From Octopus vulgaris (taxonomy: Eukaryota), in the NCBI GenBank assembly GCA_951406725.2, contig OX597817.1, positions 96,410,001 to 96,474,000 of the forward strand: a DNA stretch of 64,000 bases, written 5' to 3'. The translations under genes and the position numbers were made by a program. Within the stretch, counting starts at the first letter, position 1. The number at the start of each line of letters is the position of its first letter. Below, one piece after another: positions 32,791 through 47,300 of the stretch. A model generated the notes under the pieces. It searched no databases. It saw nothing but the letters and a program-made list of their open reading frames with translations, and had not been told where the DNA came from.

Positions 32791-33149
32791 TATATATATA
32801 CACACATATATATATATATGTATGTATGTATGTGTATATGTGTATGCATGTATATGTGTGTGTGTGCGTGTCTGTGCTTGTGATTGTCCTCCACCACTGC
32901 TTGACAACGAATGTTGGTTTGTTTACATCCCTGTCACCTAGTGGTTTGACAAAGGAAACAGATAGAATAAGTACAATGCTTACAAAAATAAAACTGGAGT
33001 TGATTCATTAAACTACAATTCTTCAAGGCATTGCCCCAGCATGGCCACAGACCAATGGCTGGAAAAAGCAGAAGAATAAAAGAATACATTCTCTGCTTTG
33101 GTCTTATGTTCAAGGCATGAGAAAGCTTGAGTTTACATGAGAAGGCCTA

Positions 33150-33490
33150 ACAGACCTGGTAGAAACAGCAGCCAAATCTCCCTCAAATCACACCTTACTG
33201 TCTTATGTATGTATATATATATATGAGCCAATGAGGGGGACCTCTACATGGTAGCTAGACCTGGTAGAAATAGCAGCCAAATTTCCCCCAAATCACACCT
33301 TACTGTCTTATCTATGTATATATGTATGTATGAGCCTATGAGGGAGACCCCTACATGGCAGCTAGACATGGTAGAAATAGCAGCCAAATCTCCCTCAAAT
33401 CACACCTTACTGTCTTATGTATGTATATATATATATATATACAAGCCACTACGGTTATTTAATGTAAAGTCTTCCTCAAATCACTCTCGC
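33150..33490. repeat. ~105-bp tandem repeat (3 copies) of gaaatagcagccaaatctccctcaaatcacacc
   Basis: Copies at ~33153, ~33257 and ~33365. Confidence 0.85.
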
Positions 33491-34003
33491 TATTTACTCT
33501 CTTCCAAGAACATTTTCACTCACTCTTATCTCTTAGCTTGCCATACATTTTACTCATGTATCTATCAGCGTGATAGACAGAAACAAATATTACATCGCCA
33601 TCGCCATCGCATTCTATTGTCTACCTGTCAACAGACACAGTGAATTACTTTCATTTTATTCGTTGCACACTGTGTGTGTGCGTGTGCGTGTGGTGTAAAC
33701 CACATTAAGAAAAGCATTTGACATACACACCAGAATGTGAGTTTTCTGTAAATTTTGCTTAATTGGAGATTAAATTTTAAAAACTGGACCTGGCACGACC
33801 CGATGCATTCTACTCTTAAAAATGCTAGGTAAATTGTAATTGAAGAAATCCTATATTGTAGATTTCTATAACTGACAAAGGGAGGCAGATAAAATCTGCC
33901 TTTTATAATAAGAGATTTAATCTTTCTATAATATGTAAGTTTCTAGATGGTATAATTTAATTTTTCATTATTGAATTGATAAAAGGTGTTTTTTTTCTAA
34001 TTT

Positions 34004-34061
<58 letters not shown>

Positions 34062-34074
34062 GTATTTATATGTA

Positions 34075-35070
34075 TCATCATAATCATCGTTGTTTAACGT
34101 CCGCTTTCCATGCTGGCATGGGTTGGACGGTTTGACTAAGGACTGGCAAGCCAGGAAAAGTTTCTACACCTGAATGCCCTTCCTAACACCAACCACTCCG
34201 AGAGTGTAGTAGATGTTTTTACATGCCACCAGCACAAGAGACAGTCCGGTAGTATTGGCAACAACCACACTCAAGTGGTGATTTTTACGTGCCAGCTGCA
34301 TGGAAACCAGTCTGTCGGCATTGGCAACAACCACACTCAAATGTTGTTTTTCACATGCAACTGGCACATATGCCAGTGAGGCAATGCTGGCAACGATCAC
34401 ACTCGAATGGTGATTTTCATGTGCCTCCAGCACGGGAGCCAGTCAGCAGCCCTGGCAACAATCATGCTCGGATGCCCTGGCAATGTTCCATTGGCACGAG
34501 TACCAATCATGCAGTACTATCATCGGCCATGTCAGCAATTTTAATTTCACCACCTTCAACAGGTCTTTGCAAGCAAATTTTATTGTCCAATGAATGAAGG
34601 GTACTCATAAGTGGCCTGGTTATACACCACTGGCATAGGCCATGTGTTATGGTCTCACTTAGCTTCTCAGGTCTTCTCAAGCACAGCGTATCTCCAAAGG
34701 TCTCAGTCATTAATTATTACCTCGGTGAGGGCCAATGTTCGAAGGACGTACTTCACCACCTCACCCCATATTTTCCTGGGTCTACCTCGACACTTTTTCA
34801 CACTGCTGTCCTCATTCATTCAAAACACATGACCATACCAACGCAGTCGTCTATCTTGCCTACCACATCTGATGCTTAAGTCCAACTTTTCTCTCAGGGC
34901 GTTTACATTCTGTCATGTATGCACACTGACATTACACATCCAGCAGAGGATACTGGCTTCATTCTGTACAAACTTACGCATGTCCTCAGCAGTCACGGCC
35001 CATGTTTCACTGTCATGTAGCATGGCTGTTCGTACACGTGCATCATACAGTCTACCTTTTACTCTGAGAA
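34075..35070 (-). mobile_element. Degenerate RTE 3' fragment
   Basis: Reverse-complement match to the RTE C-terminus (SETWAVTAEDMRK) and 3'UTR. Confidence 0.85.
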
Positions 35071-35129
35071 AGGTGAAGAGGAGAGAAGAATAGGGAAAGG
35101 GTGGGAGTGAAAAACAAAAAGTAAGAAGA

Positions 35130-36075
35130 AGAAGAGAGGGAGATACATAGAAAGAAAAGAGATAGAATAAGAGTGTGCATCATAATTACTAAGATAAAAC
35201 TTACTTGGAAAAGGATGCATGGCATTCGATCATATAATAATATAAATAATAAATAAATATACACATATATACATACATATATATACATGCTTACATATAT
35301 ATGTATATACATATGCATACAAGGGTACAGGACATCAAACAACGTGGACAAAATGAGAAACGAGAACATAAAAAACAATAACATAGAAAATGAACATTTT
35401 TCGAACAATGAAAAAAACAGAGAAACTAGACATGCAACATAAAGAACATTCCCTTCATCAGTTGTCCCCTGTTTTATCTACACGACGTTTCGAAGGTAAG
35501 GACAAGATACATCTTCGTTAAAACAGTCCTTCCCGCAAAGCAAATTAAATAAAATTTGGGATTTTTTGCAGAGGGTGAAAGTGGCAACAAAAACAAGACA
35601 GTGAGAACAAAACATTAAAAGCAAACGGTGAGGGCTGTTAAGCCAAGACAATGTGAAGTAGTTAACGCTGGATAAACGAGCTTTGAGAAGAGACAGATAA
35701 AAGCACATCTTGTCGTTAGGAAGGAAGTGGAAGAAAGAAAGATGGATGGATGGCTGTTAGTCACATGTGAGCAATGAGAAAGTCAAGGAGGAAGAATGAG
35801 AGAGAGAGAGGAATGGTGAAGGGGAGAGGAGAAAAATAGGGAAAGGGTGAGAGAGGAAAACAGAAAGGTTTTTCCACATTTTTTGATGTCCTGTACCCAT
35901 ATATGCATGTATATATACATATATATGTAGGTATGTACATATGTATGTATATATGCGTATATTTATATTATCATATGATCGAACGCCACGAATCCTTTTC
36001 CAAATAAGCTTTATCTTAATAATCACAATGCGCACTCTTATTCTATCTCTTTTCTGTCTATCTGTCACCATCTCG
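35130..36075. repeat. Fold-back element with ~220-bp arms enclosing hammerhead-core fragments
   Basis: 35130-35349 inverts to 35873-36075; minus-strand CTGATGAAG (~35453-61) and GAAACGTC (~35484-91) lie between the arms. Confidence 0.75.
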
Positions 36076-36639
36076 TTCTTCTTCCTTTCTGTTTCAAGTA
36101 CATTCTCTTTCCTGAGCATAAAATATCCTCTTCCCAGGTGACAGAAACTTATATGTCAGATTGTTGCACAAGTTCTAGCTGTTTTGATAAGGGAAATCAG
36201 AAAAGTTTGAAATGATTTCATCAGCATTTACTTGTACCAAACAGCACTCTTTCGATAGACAGCACATTGATCTCATAAGTGTGATGTAGTGGAAATAAAT
36301 GCAGTTACCAAACTTTCAATTCATCATTTCATCTTTTTGCATTTCAATTTGTACATATGTACTCCCAAATGTGTAGAAGCATTCTTTATTTTTTAATCAT
36401 TATCTGCTGATATCAAAATAAGTAGTATATTTAAAGACATTTTCTCGGGGAGGCTCATTTGAAACTCCAAGGATCAAAACGGGGATCTTTGGCCAAAATG
36501 GGTTGAGAACCTTTGTTCTAAGACATCACCCAGTAATCTATCAAGTCCATTCACACATTTCTCAATACATACTTATAACTTCCCTCCCTCATTCTACGCC
36601 TCCATTGTAGATGGGTAAATTTGTTAGTATATATAATCC

Positions 36640-37100
36640 AAAGAGACAATAGCATAGTAGACAAAGCCATGAAGGCTATGAAACAGGAAAAGCCTCTGGC
36701 CTGTCTGAAATAACCACTAGGAAGCTTAAAATATCTGGCAGTGTGGGTTATGGTCTAGTCACCTGTATAGTTAATCAGATTGTACATGAAGGAGTCATAC
36801 ACAATTATTGTTATTGCAGCACCATAGTCAACTGCTACAAAAATAAAGGTGAAGTCTTAGATAGAAATAATTACAGAGATATCAAATTGTTGGATCAGGT
36901 GATGAAGGCTACAGAGACAGTCATAGGCCAACTAGGGACAGGGTTAGTCTAGATGAGGTTTTGTTTCAAAGAGAAGCACCACTGATGCTATATTTCAGGT
37001 AAGGCAGCTGCAGGAGAAGTACCTAGCAAAATTCAAACCTCTGTACTTGGCTTGTTAACATGGAGAAAGCCTTTGACAGGATCCCCCAATCCCTATGATG
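36640..37100 (+). mobile_element. RTE RT fragment
   Basis: STIVNCYKNKGEVLDRNNYRDIKLLDQVMK matches the 24582 ORF. Confidence 0.9.
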
Positions 37101-37159
37101 ATGATAATGTTGTATGTATGTATGCAAATATTAATATTCAGCACAAGTAACAGAATGGC

Positions 37160-37236
37160 TCAAGGTTCGAGAGTTTCGTGCATTGGCACTCATCAAAGTT
37201 TGATAAGTGTCAACACATGAAACTCTCAGACCTTGA
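37160..37236. repeat. Short palindrome made of two back-to-back hammerhead-like halves
   Basis: Minus arm TTGATGA-gtgc caat gcac-GAAACtctc; plus arm TTGATAA-gtgtcaacacat-GAAACtctc. Confidence 0.6.
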
Positions 37237-37321
37237 ATCACTCAGTTACTTCTGCTAATTATTAATAAAAATATACATATACTCATATTTTGAGCTCTAT
37301 TTTTCCTGTTTACATTAACAT

Positions 37322-37362
<41 letters not shown>

Positions 37363-37731
37363 CGTGCGTGTGTCTGTGTGCACACACATTTGTCTAGATA
37401 GTATGTGATAGGATGGTCTTCCACAAAAACATGTCTAGCTATGTGAAAATATTACATTGCTTGCAAACAAGTGAGAGTTGGCAACAGGAAAAGCATCCAA
37501 GAGTAGAAAATCTGCCTCAGCAAATTCTGTCTGATGCAAGCATGGAAGGTGAACACTAAATGATAATGATGGGTTTCCAACTTGTTACATTATTTGAGAA
37601 ATACGTTTTGCATACATTTCATACAGTTAAAAGACAGAAAACATTTAAAAGAGATTTTTCTGACCAAACTTCCCTTTCTCATAGATATTATTCCTATTAT
37701 TTGAAATAAGACAAACTGTTAATACACTTAC

Positions 37732-37805
37732 ACTCTGAACAAGTGGATTCTTACTGGTAACACCTCTATGTTGAAGACATATTGTTGTGGATTCCTTTTC
37801 ACTCT
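37732..37805 (-). CDS. RNF113A: Exon 2 of RNF113/CWC24-like spliceosomal RING/CCCH protein
   Basis: ttttgtaacAG acceptor, GTAAGT donor, 74 bp, phase 1 compatible with exon 1; (E)SEKESTTICLQHRGVTSKNPLVQS resembles human [24 protein letters not shown]. Confidence 0.7.
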
Positions 37806-38269
37806 CTGTTACAAAATAAAATGCAATTTTTCAGATATAATATCAACACACACAAATCATATACATGACAAAACTATAGGCTAGATGCATTATAAAAAGC
37901 ATATGAAACAATTGCATGAACCAGTTTTTCAAAGACTCAGAGATTCGTACTGTAAAGTACATCACTTTTCTCATCTACTCATGTACAGTATACTATTACT
38001 ACCTAGTGATTCTCTCATCATAACTTCAGCAAGTACTGTGTGAAATCTATGTTTAGCTAAAAACATTATAATAGGACCAAACAAAAACAAGTTGTCACTG
38101 GTACTTAGAAAAATAGTTAAAATAATACTATACATTATTGAGAACTATCATATCTTCATCATAATCATCATTGCTTTACATATTTTCCATGATAAACTAG
38201 GGACAGGTCACCCCAGTAAACATATATAAATATATATATATACATATGTATATATAAATATCTACATAT

Positions 38270-38645
38270 ACTCTTTTATTCTCTTACTTCTTTCAGTCAT
38301 TTGAATGTGGCCATGCTGGAGCACCGCCTTTAGTCAAGCAAATCGACCCTGGGACTTATTCTTTGAAAGCCCAGTACTTATTCTATCGGCCTCTTTTGCC
38401 GAACCACTAAGTGACGGGGACATAAACACACCAGCATTGGTTGTCAAGCAATGCTAGGGGGACAAAAACACACACATATATATATGCATATATACGACAG
38501 TTTCCGTCTACCAAATCCACTCACAAGGGTTTGATCGGCCTGACAATATAGTAGAAGACACTTGCCCAAGATGCCACACAGTGGGACTGAACCTGGAACC
38601 ATGTGGTTGGTAAGCAAACTACTTACCACACAGCCACTCCTGCTG
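38270..38645 (-). mobile_element. tRNA-derived SINE
   Basis: Reverse complement of the 55770-56172 SINE. Confidence 0.9.
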
Positions 38646-39089
38646 TATATGTATATATAAATATATATATATACATATGTATATAAAAATATATAGATAT
38701 ACATATGTATATAAAAATATATATATACATATGTATATATAAATATATATACATATGTATATAAAAAATATATATATACACATGTATATAAAAAATATAA
38801 ATACATATGCATATAAAAATATATATAAACATATGTATATATAAATATATAAATACATATGTATATAAAAATATATATATACATATGTATATATAAATAT
38901 ATAAATACATATGTACATGGAAATATATATATGTATATATAAATATATGCATATATATATATATAGACATATGTATATATAAATATATATATATATACAT
39001 ATGTATATATGAATATATATATACATATATACATATGTATATATAAATATATATATACATATGTATATATGAATATATATATACATATG

Positions 39090-39715
39090 TCCTTTTCGCC
39101 TTCGGCCCAATGCCTCCATGCTGCCAACAAAGCATGCGGAGTTCTGTTTTTGATTCAACGGTCATTCAGAATGCTCACAGCAGCCATATTCCTACTGCTC
39201 TATGTCACGCTGGTGAGACCCATATTGGAGTATGGGATTCAAGCCGCTTCTCCTTATCTCCTCAAAGACATACATCATCTTGAAAGAGTCCAGAAGCTGG
39301 CTACCCACATGGTTCTTGGTCTCAAGCATTTGTCTTATGAAGAAAGGCTGAAGACGCTCGACCTTTATTCTCTAGAATAAACGACGATGCCGTGCTGATC
39401 TCATTCTCGCTCACAACACCATAAGCAGAAAGTGCAACCTCTCGAAAGAGCTATTCTTCACTCCTACTCCAGAGCGTCAGCAGCGGGATCACTCTGAAAA
39501 GCTCTATCTGCGACGATTTCATATCAATCGAAGGAGAGGGGCTTTCTCCGTCCAGGTTGCAGATCCGTGGAATAAGCTGCTGGACAAGATAGTGACGATG
39601 CCGACGACCACTCGGTTCAAAGACCAGAAATGGCCTGAACTCTTTGCATGAACACCCTCCCGTCCCCCTACATAGCCTTGCTTTTGCTTTTTGAGCCAAA
39701 AAATTAACTTAACTT
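39090..39715 (+). mobile_element. 3' fragment of a third CR1-like LINE family
   Basis: LYVTLVRPILEYG...LERVQKLAT..LSYEERLKTLDLYSLE. Confidence 0.85.
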
Positions 39716-40254
39716 ATGTATATAAAAATATATATATACATATACATATGTATATATAAATATATATATACATATATATACATATGTAAATATATATATA
39801 TACACATATATATACATATGTATATGATTGATTGATTGATTGATTCTAGTTTCAGCTCATGAGCTGTGGCCATGCTGGGGCACCAAATATATATATAAAT
39901 TAAATTAGGGATAAAACCACTATTAGGCAAATCAAACATAAACCAAAACATAAAAATAAACATAATTAATATAATATACAAAATATATAAAATATAAAAT
40001 TTAAAATTTAAATCATTTAAATTTAAAATTTTTAATTTATATTAATAAATTTTTATAATTTTTTAAATATTTTTAAAATTAAATTTTTAATTTTTTAAAA
40101 AAATATATATAACTTATATAACGATTTCAGTTATTCTTACTCATCATATTTCTACTGTGTATTCTATAATCTATTTCTTCTTTCTTTATTTTTTTTAAAA
40201 TATATATAACTATCAAAAAGTATTAAAAAGTTTAATATAAGATAATAAGTAAAA

Positions 40255-40350
40255 CCACTACGTACGTTTCATGCCCATAGCCTAATTCAAATTACAATAA
40301 TTTAAATTCAATTAAAAATTCGAATTATAGATATAGCTAATCTTCAGGTT
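40255..40350 (-). ncRNA. Degenerate hammerhead motif with palindromic helix III
   Basis: Minus strand CTGAAGA...gggcat-GAAAC-gtac-GTA (ACGTACGT palindrome); stems I and II eroded. Confidence 0.5.
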
Positions 40351-40519
40351 AATAATAGTTAAATAACTAAGCAAATATATTTAAACAATATATAGATATA
40401 TATATATAAATATATACACATATGTATATTTATATATATGTATATATATATATGTATATCTACATATGTATATCTACATATGTATATCTACATATGTATA
40501 TCTACATATGTATATCTAC

Positions 40520-40570
<51 letters not shown>

Positions 40571-40580
40571 CATCTATATA

Positions 40581-42272
40581 TCTGGTGGTCAATGAGGAAA
40601 CTAGGGATAGATGATTAGTGAGAGCTGTGCGAGCCATGTACAGGGACACTGTTAGTAAGGTGAGGGTTGGCAACAAGTACAGTGAAGAATTCAGGGTAGA
40701 GGTAGGGTCCACCAAGGTTCAGTCCTCAGTCCCCTCCTATTTATCATAGTCCTCCAGGAAATAACGGAGGAATTCAAGACAGGATGCCCCTGGAAGCTTC
40801 TCTATCCTGATGACCTTGCTCTAATTGCTGAGTCACTATCAGAACTGGAGAAGTTTCAAGTGTGGAAGCCAGGATTAGAATCAAAGTCAACCTAGCTAAA
40901 ACCAAAGTCCTAATAAGTAGGAAGGTAGACAAATAACAAACCCTTTCAGGTAGATGGCCCTGCTCGATTTGTAGAAAAGGCGTAGGTAGAAACTCATAAG
41001 ATGCACCAAGTGTAAGCTATGGACACAAAAGAGGTGCAGCAATGTCAAAGGAAGGCTAACCTTGGAAGATAGTTTTTGTATGTGGCAGATGCTCAGGAGC
41101 AATAAACACTGAAAATGCTCTGAGACCAACTTCTGCCACATTCCAGGGAGAAAAACTAGAAATAGTTGATAGCTTCCGTTACCTAGGTGACCAAGTCAGC
41201 AGCGGGGGCGAGTGTGCTGAAAGTGTAACTGCTACAGTAAGAACAGCTTGGGCAAAGTTCAAAGAATTCTTACCTCTGCTGGTGATAAAAGGTCTCTCGC
41301 TCAGAGTAAAAGGCAGACTGTATGACACGTGTGTACGAACAGCCATGCTACATGGCAGTGAAACATGGGCCGTGACTGCTGAGGATATGCGTAAGCTCGC
41401 AAGAAATGAAGCCAGTATGCTCCGATGGATGTGTAATGTCAGTGTTCATACTCGACAGAGTGTAAGTACCTTGAGAGAAAAGTTGGACCTAAGAAGCATC
41501 AGCTGTGGTGTACAAGAGAGACGTTTGCACTGGTATGGTCATGTGGCGAGAATGGATGAAGATAGTTGTGTGAAAAAGTGCCACACCCTAGCAGTTGAGG
41601 GAACCTGTGGAAGAGGCAGACCCAGGAAAACCTGGGATGAGGTGATGAAGCACGACCTTCGAACATTAGGTCTCACCGAGGAAATGACTAGAGACTGAGA
41701 CCTTTGGAAGTATGCTGTGCGTGAGAATACCAGGCAGGACAAGTGAGACCATAACCTGTGGCCTCTACCTGGGATGTAGCCAGTCCACCTATGCATGCCT
41801 TTACTTCTTGGGACACAAAACTCTACTTGTGTTGAGGCAAGTGAAAATCAAAATCAAAATCGAAATTGAAATCGATCAACATCAATGGAAATTGCAGCTG
41901 TGATACCAGTGCCAGTGGTACGTAAGAGAACCATCCGAACGTTGCCGTTGTCAGCACCGCCCCGACTGGCCTCGTGCCAGTGGCATGTAAAAAGCACCAT
42001 CCAATCGTGGCTGTTGCCAGCCACGCCTGGCCCCCGTGCCGGAGGCACATACAGAGCACCATCCGATCGTGGCCATTTGCAAGCCACGTCTGGCACGTAA
42101 AAAGCACCCACTACACTCATGGAGTGGTTGGTGCTAGGAAGGGCATCCAGCCATAGAAACATTGCCAGATCAGACTGGGCCTGGTGCAGTCTTCTGGCTT
42201 CCCAGACCCCAGTTCAACCATCCAACCTATGCTAGCATGGAAAGCAGATGCTAAACGATGATGATGATGATG
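40581..42272 (+). mobile_element. 5'-truncated RTE (RT end, PHD, C-terminus, 3'UTR, (GAT)n)
   Basis: ORF 41282-41698 matches the 25713 ORF; tail aaacgatgatgatg. Confidence 0.92.
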
Positions 42273-42284
42273 ACATTATATATA

Positions 42285-42710
42285 ATCATCATCATTTAAC
42301 GTCCGCTTTCCATGCTAGCATGAGTTGGACGATTTCAACTGAGGGCTGGCGAACCAGATGTCTGCACCAGGCTCCAATCTTGATCTGGCAGTGTTTCTAC
42401 AGCTGGAGGCCCATCCTAACGCCAACCACTCCGAGAGTCTAGTGGGTACTTTTTACATGCCACCGGCACAGGGGCCAGTCAGGCGGTACTGGCAACGACC
42501 TCGCTCGAATCTTTTTACACATGCTACCGGCACAGGTGCCAGTAAGGCAATGCTGGTAACGATCACGCTCAAATGGTGCTTTTACGTGCCACCGGCATGG
42601 AAGCCAGTTAGCCACTCTGGCAACGATCATGCTCGGATGGTGCTCTTGGCAACCTACTAGCATGGGCACGAGTGCCAGTAAGGCGACGCTGGTAACAATC
42701 ACACTCAAAT
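42285..42710 (-). mobile_element. RTE 3'UTR copy, tail-to-tail with the previous element
   Basis: catcatcatttaacgtccgctttccatgctagc... Confidence 0.88.
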
Positions 42711-43262
42711 ATATATATAAATATATATGTATATAAATATATATGTATATATAAATATATATATAAATATACAAATCTGCTTCCACTTTACCATGTTGAA
42801 AATTTGATTGAAATCGGGCAAAAGGTGTCCAATCTATACCCCCAAGTGTCCCCAAAAATCAATAAAATCCCCGTTTTCACACCAAAGCAACCACTGTAGC
42901 ACCCCAAAACGTCTCCCAATCAATTTCTCACCTCACGTTACCCACTCCTGTAAATTTTAATCTCCTTCCAGCCCCATTTAGACCCCTTTTGTATCAACGT
43001 TGGCCTTCTTCATTTGATAGATTAGACAGATATACCCGGCCATGCTCGGGATCAAAATAGTTTATTATTGTTTTACTTGTTTTGGTACTATAACCCGATT
43101 TCATTCAGGTTTACGCGGGCCACATTTTAAAAGATGAGGAATTTTGCTCTAGAGGCCATGCCTTTCAATTGAGCAAACTCAAAGTTGCCATGCAAACTCG
43201 CTAGCACTTTTAACATAGTTGTGCATATTTTCAGCTCAATAAGAAACCACACACACACACAC

Positions 43263-43323
<61 letters not shown>

Positions 43324-43413
43324 CACATTAAATATGTTCATATATACGCATTATATATACATGTCTACACACACATATATAAATATATATACTTTATATA
43401 TATGTATACACAT

Positions 43414-43445
<32 letters not shown>

Positions 43446-44097
43446 CACACATATATATATAAATTAACACAATATGTCTGATTAATATCTGTTATGATTG
43501 TGTGGTGGTGGTGGTGGTGGGCGATAATAATTCACCGTTCTAAAAGACCTGTGGCAGGAATATTTAAACTTTTGCAGCTGTCAATGCTTTCTCTCTATAG
43601 ATACAGACAGACGTACAGTGAGAGAGGTGGTGGGAGAAAAAATGACAGAGAGACGGCGAAGGCGGAGAGGGAAAGTGAGAGGAAGCTGTCAAATGTCGTT
43701 ATAGAGAGAAATTGGAGGGAAGGGAGGAAAGAGGGAGATCGAGGAAAACAGGGTGATATCCGAAAGAGAGAAACGACAAACACTTGTCAAAGTCTGGGTT
43801 TTGTTGTCCTAGTAACCACAGCTTTTGAGATAGGAGTTTCTAACCTAGTCCAGTTGCTTTCTTGCCTCTTTTTACATGTCCCTATAAATTTTGGAGCCAA
43901 TCCAACCCCATCTAGCACTCTTTAAACCGTTCCCATCCCAAAATGAGACAAACAAATTTTTCGCATTTCAGCTTTATAGATATTGATAAATATAAATGTA
44001 AATGTAAACATATATATATATATTATTGATAGAAATGGTAAGACAACAAAAGAATGTATCTGTAAATATAATATGTGATAATTATTTAGTAGCCATG

Positions 44098-44156
44098 ATA
44101 AAACTCCAAGTTTTGGATATCAGGGCAGAAACCCACGCCACTATCTCTTCAGTTAT
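44098..44156 (-). ncRNA. Degenerate hammerhead, same family as 58649-58707
   Basis: Minus strand ataa-CTGAAGA-gatag...gatatc-caaaacttggaGTT-ttat; GAAA box mutated. Confidence 0.5.
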
Positions 44157-44319
44157 CTGGCCAGTGAAAAAATGCTATAAAAATGACCATTAAACAAAGG
44201 GAAATTACTGTGTGATTGACCGTTATTAAGACAAAAGAGCTATCAGAATGACCGCTAAGTGAGGGGAGGGAGTAAAGGTAAGGGAGTGAAAATGTTCATA
44301 GTATTCGCGTAAGCGAATA

Positions 44320-47300
44320 AGAATATTTATAAGCCTTATAGGAAGCCAAATGATAGACTTAGTTATATTAATGTGGGTTCCTGCCATTCCCCCATAGTGT
44401 TAAAAAATTTAGTTAAAAACATTAGCAAAAGAATTTCTAGCCTCTCCACCGATAGGGACATTTTTAATAGCGTTACCCCAGTATATAATAAGGCTCTAAA
44501 AGATAGTGGATTTAGCGAGGAGATAACCTATACACATGCCACCAGTCTAATAATAAAGAAGAGGAAACCACTTAGGATATATAAAGGTCTTTATATATAT
44601 ATATATTTCTAATAATTGAATATATTATATCATCATATCTATAATGATACAGTAATGTATCAACCTAATTAGATATATATCAATATATCACACTTTCTAT
44701 TTCATAATTTGAAAGGAATATTTAATGATTCTTAGAGGACATGTGTAATTCAGATATTTACCAATATATTTACTAATGAATTTAACAATACTATAAAATA
44801 AAAATTTTATGGTTAATATAGAACATACGATATCTCTGTTAATAATAAGAATTAAGGAATCCTTTATTGATATTTGGAAAATAGATATTTAGGTGCATGT
44901 AGGCAGGCCAAAACTTTCTCAATCCTCTCATTCAATAATTGCTTTTTAGAGAATAGAATATTATAGCTCTCTGATGTACATAAGGTACAAATTTTGTACC
45001 TAAATGAGATTTTGCATAGGTTAATATTTTCCATCTAATTTTAAAACTAATATTGCTATCTTCTAATCTCCATATGAATTTGCTAAGGCTTGTGTTATTG
45101 CGTTTCATGTGATTTCTATAAGAATTTCCATGATTAGAAATTCTAGTTTTCTTAAAACATTCAGTCGATCCAATATAGAAGTAATTTTTCCCTTCTGCTT
45201 CTATGATAGCTTGGCATACTGGTATACCAGATTTTTATGCTTGCAATAATTATTAAATTTGTATTTTTCTTTCATCTTACAATCACAAAATTTATTAAAA
45301 ATTATCTTCAGAATTAATTGGACCTAAGAAGCATCAGTTGTAGTGTGCAAGAGAGACAATTGCGCTGGTATTTATTCCAAACAATTTCAGTATACTTATT
45401 ACAAGCAAAGTGCTTGTTTATCAGTCTATATATACCTTTGATTGTTATTATTTGTTTAGCAAAAGGCAAGATTAGCCATAGAATATTTTCATTTATTTTA
45501 TTATTAGTATGTAATTCCAAGTGTTTATTTGGTGGATTTTACACAAGGTGTATATTTTCTATTTCTATTGATTTTAGTACTGTAATTTCCACTTTTATTA
45601 TTATTTTTATAGTTAGATTTCAAGTTATTAATCTGGTGAATAACAACATTATTTCTATCAAAAATTGCATTTCTTATATTAGGATTAATATCTAGGTTTA
45701 CATCTTTATTATCATTATATCGATAAATTTCGATTTCAGTTATTCTTACTCATTATATTTCTACTGTGTATTCCATAATCTATTTCTTCTTTATTTTTTT
45801 TTTAAATATATATAACTATTTCTTCTTTATTTATATTATTTATTTTACCCTTTATGCAAGGTTTTTTCATATTATTATTATATTTTCTTACTTCTTGATC
45901 TACGCTCGTATTATTAACAATAGGCGCGGGCATGGCTGTGTGGTTAGGGAGCTTGCTTCCTAGCTACATGGTTTCGGGTTCAGTCCCACTGCGTGGCACT
46001 TTGGGTAGGTGTCTTTCACTATAGCCCCGAGCTGACCGGAGCTTTGTGATTGAATTCGGTAGGTGGAAGTTACTGCCGTGTGTGTATATGTGCGTGTAGG
46101 TGCTTGTGCCTCTCCGAAAGAGAGAGAGGGATGTCTATTATATCTAATTTTCTGTTTATATTCTACATTTTCTAATGCAATGTTGTATAATGCTTTATTT
46201 TCATCAAAAATCTCATTATAAGAGAGGTATTCTTTTATTCTTTATTCATTTACTTGTTTCAATCATTTGACTGGGGCTATGCTGGAGCACCGCCTTTAGT
46301 CGAGCAAATCGACCACAGGACTTATTCTCTTGTAAGCCTAGTACTTATTCTATTGGTCTCATTAGCCGAACCGCTAAGTTACGAGGGTGTAAACACACCA
46401 GCATCGGTTGTCAAGCAATGTTGGGGGGACAAGCACAGACAAACATACATATACACATATATACAATGGGCTTCTTTCAGTTTCAGTCTACCAAATCCAC
46501 TCACAAGGCTTTGGTCTGCCCAAGGCTATAGTAGAAAACACTTGCCCAAGGTGCCACAGTGGGACTGAACCTGTAACCATGTGCTTGGTAAGCTAATTCT
46601 TTTTCTATATTTTTAACAAAACAATTAGGAATTGACTTTGGATGATTGTCTTTAATATTAATATAAGTTATTTTAGAATTCGTTTTATGGTATTAATATA
46701 AGTTATTTTAGAATTTGTTTTACTTGTATTTAGATTAAAATTCACATCCAAAAAGTTAACAGAATTATGCTCCCTTTCTATTGAAATATTTAATCTAAAT
46801 CTATTGAACAACTGATGCAATTTTTTCTTGTATAACTCTAGTTTTCTATTAGATGGAGTCTTGATGATAAACAGTACATCATCCCTATATAATTCACCCC
46901 CTATTTCTGGAAATTCATTATTAAACTTACGTAAAATGTATATTCTGACCAAACCTGTCACCTGAGCAAAATCAGTTGTGTCCATAGCTATACTGAAACA
47001 GTCAGGTGTGTCTTTTCTAGCCCATAATTTTTTATCAAAATTTATTATTGATTACCTGGCTGTTAAAATAACTTTATTTCTTTCTTTCAGTTATTTTTGT
47101 ATTATTCCCAGCAAATATAGGTGCACTATTTAGAATTGCTGGGTTAATAGATGAGCAGTAATCATTAATGTTCACCTGCAAGAATTTGCATTTATCCTTG
47201 TTATCAATTTTGTTAAACCAATTAATTGCCTCTTTCAACATTAAATTTGTCAAGCACCCACTTAGAAATAAACATTTAAAGAAATTAAGGTTCATAATCT

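Noticed and set aside
36130-36515. Possible RNF113 exon 3
   Set aside because: No open frame with the expected YKS..GP.DMGATA motif; the FGSTY fragment and gttgagaacc end suggest a decayed hAT element, too weak to call
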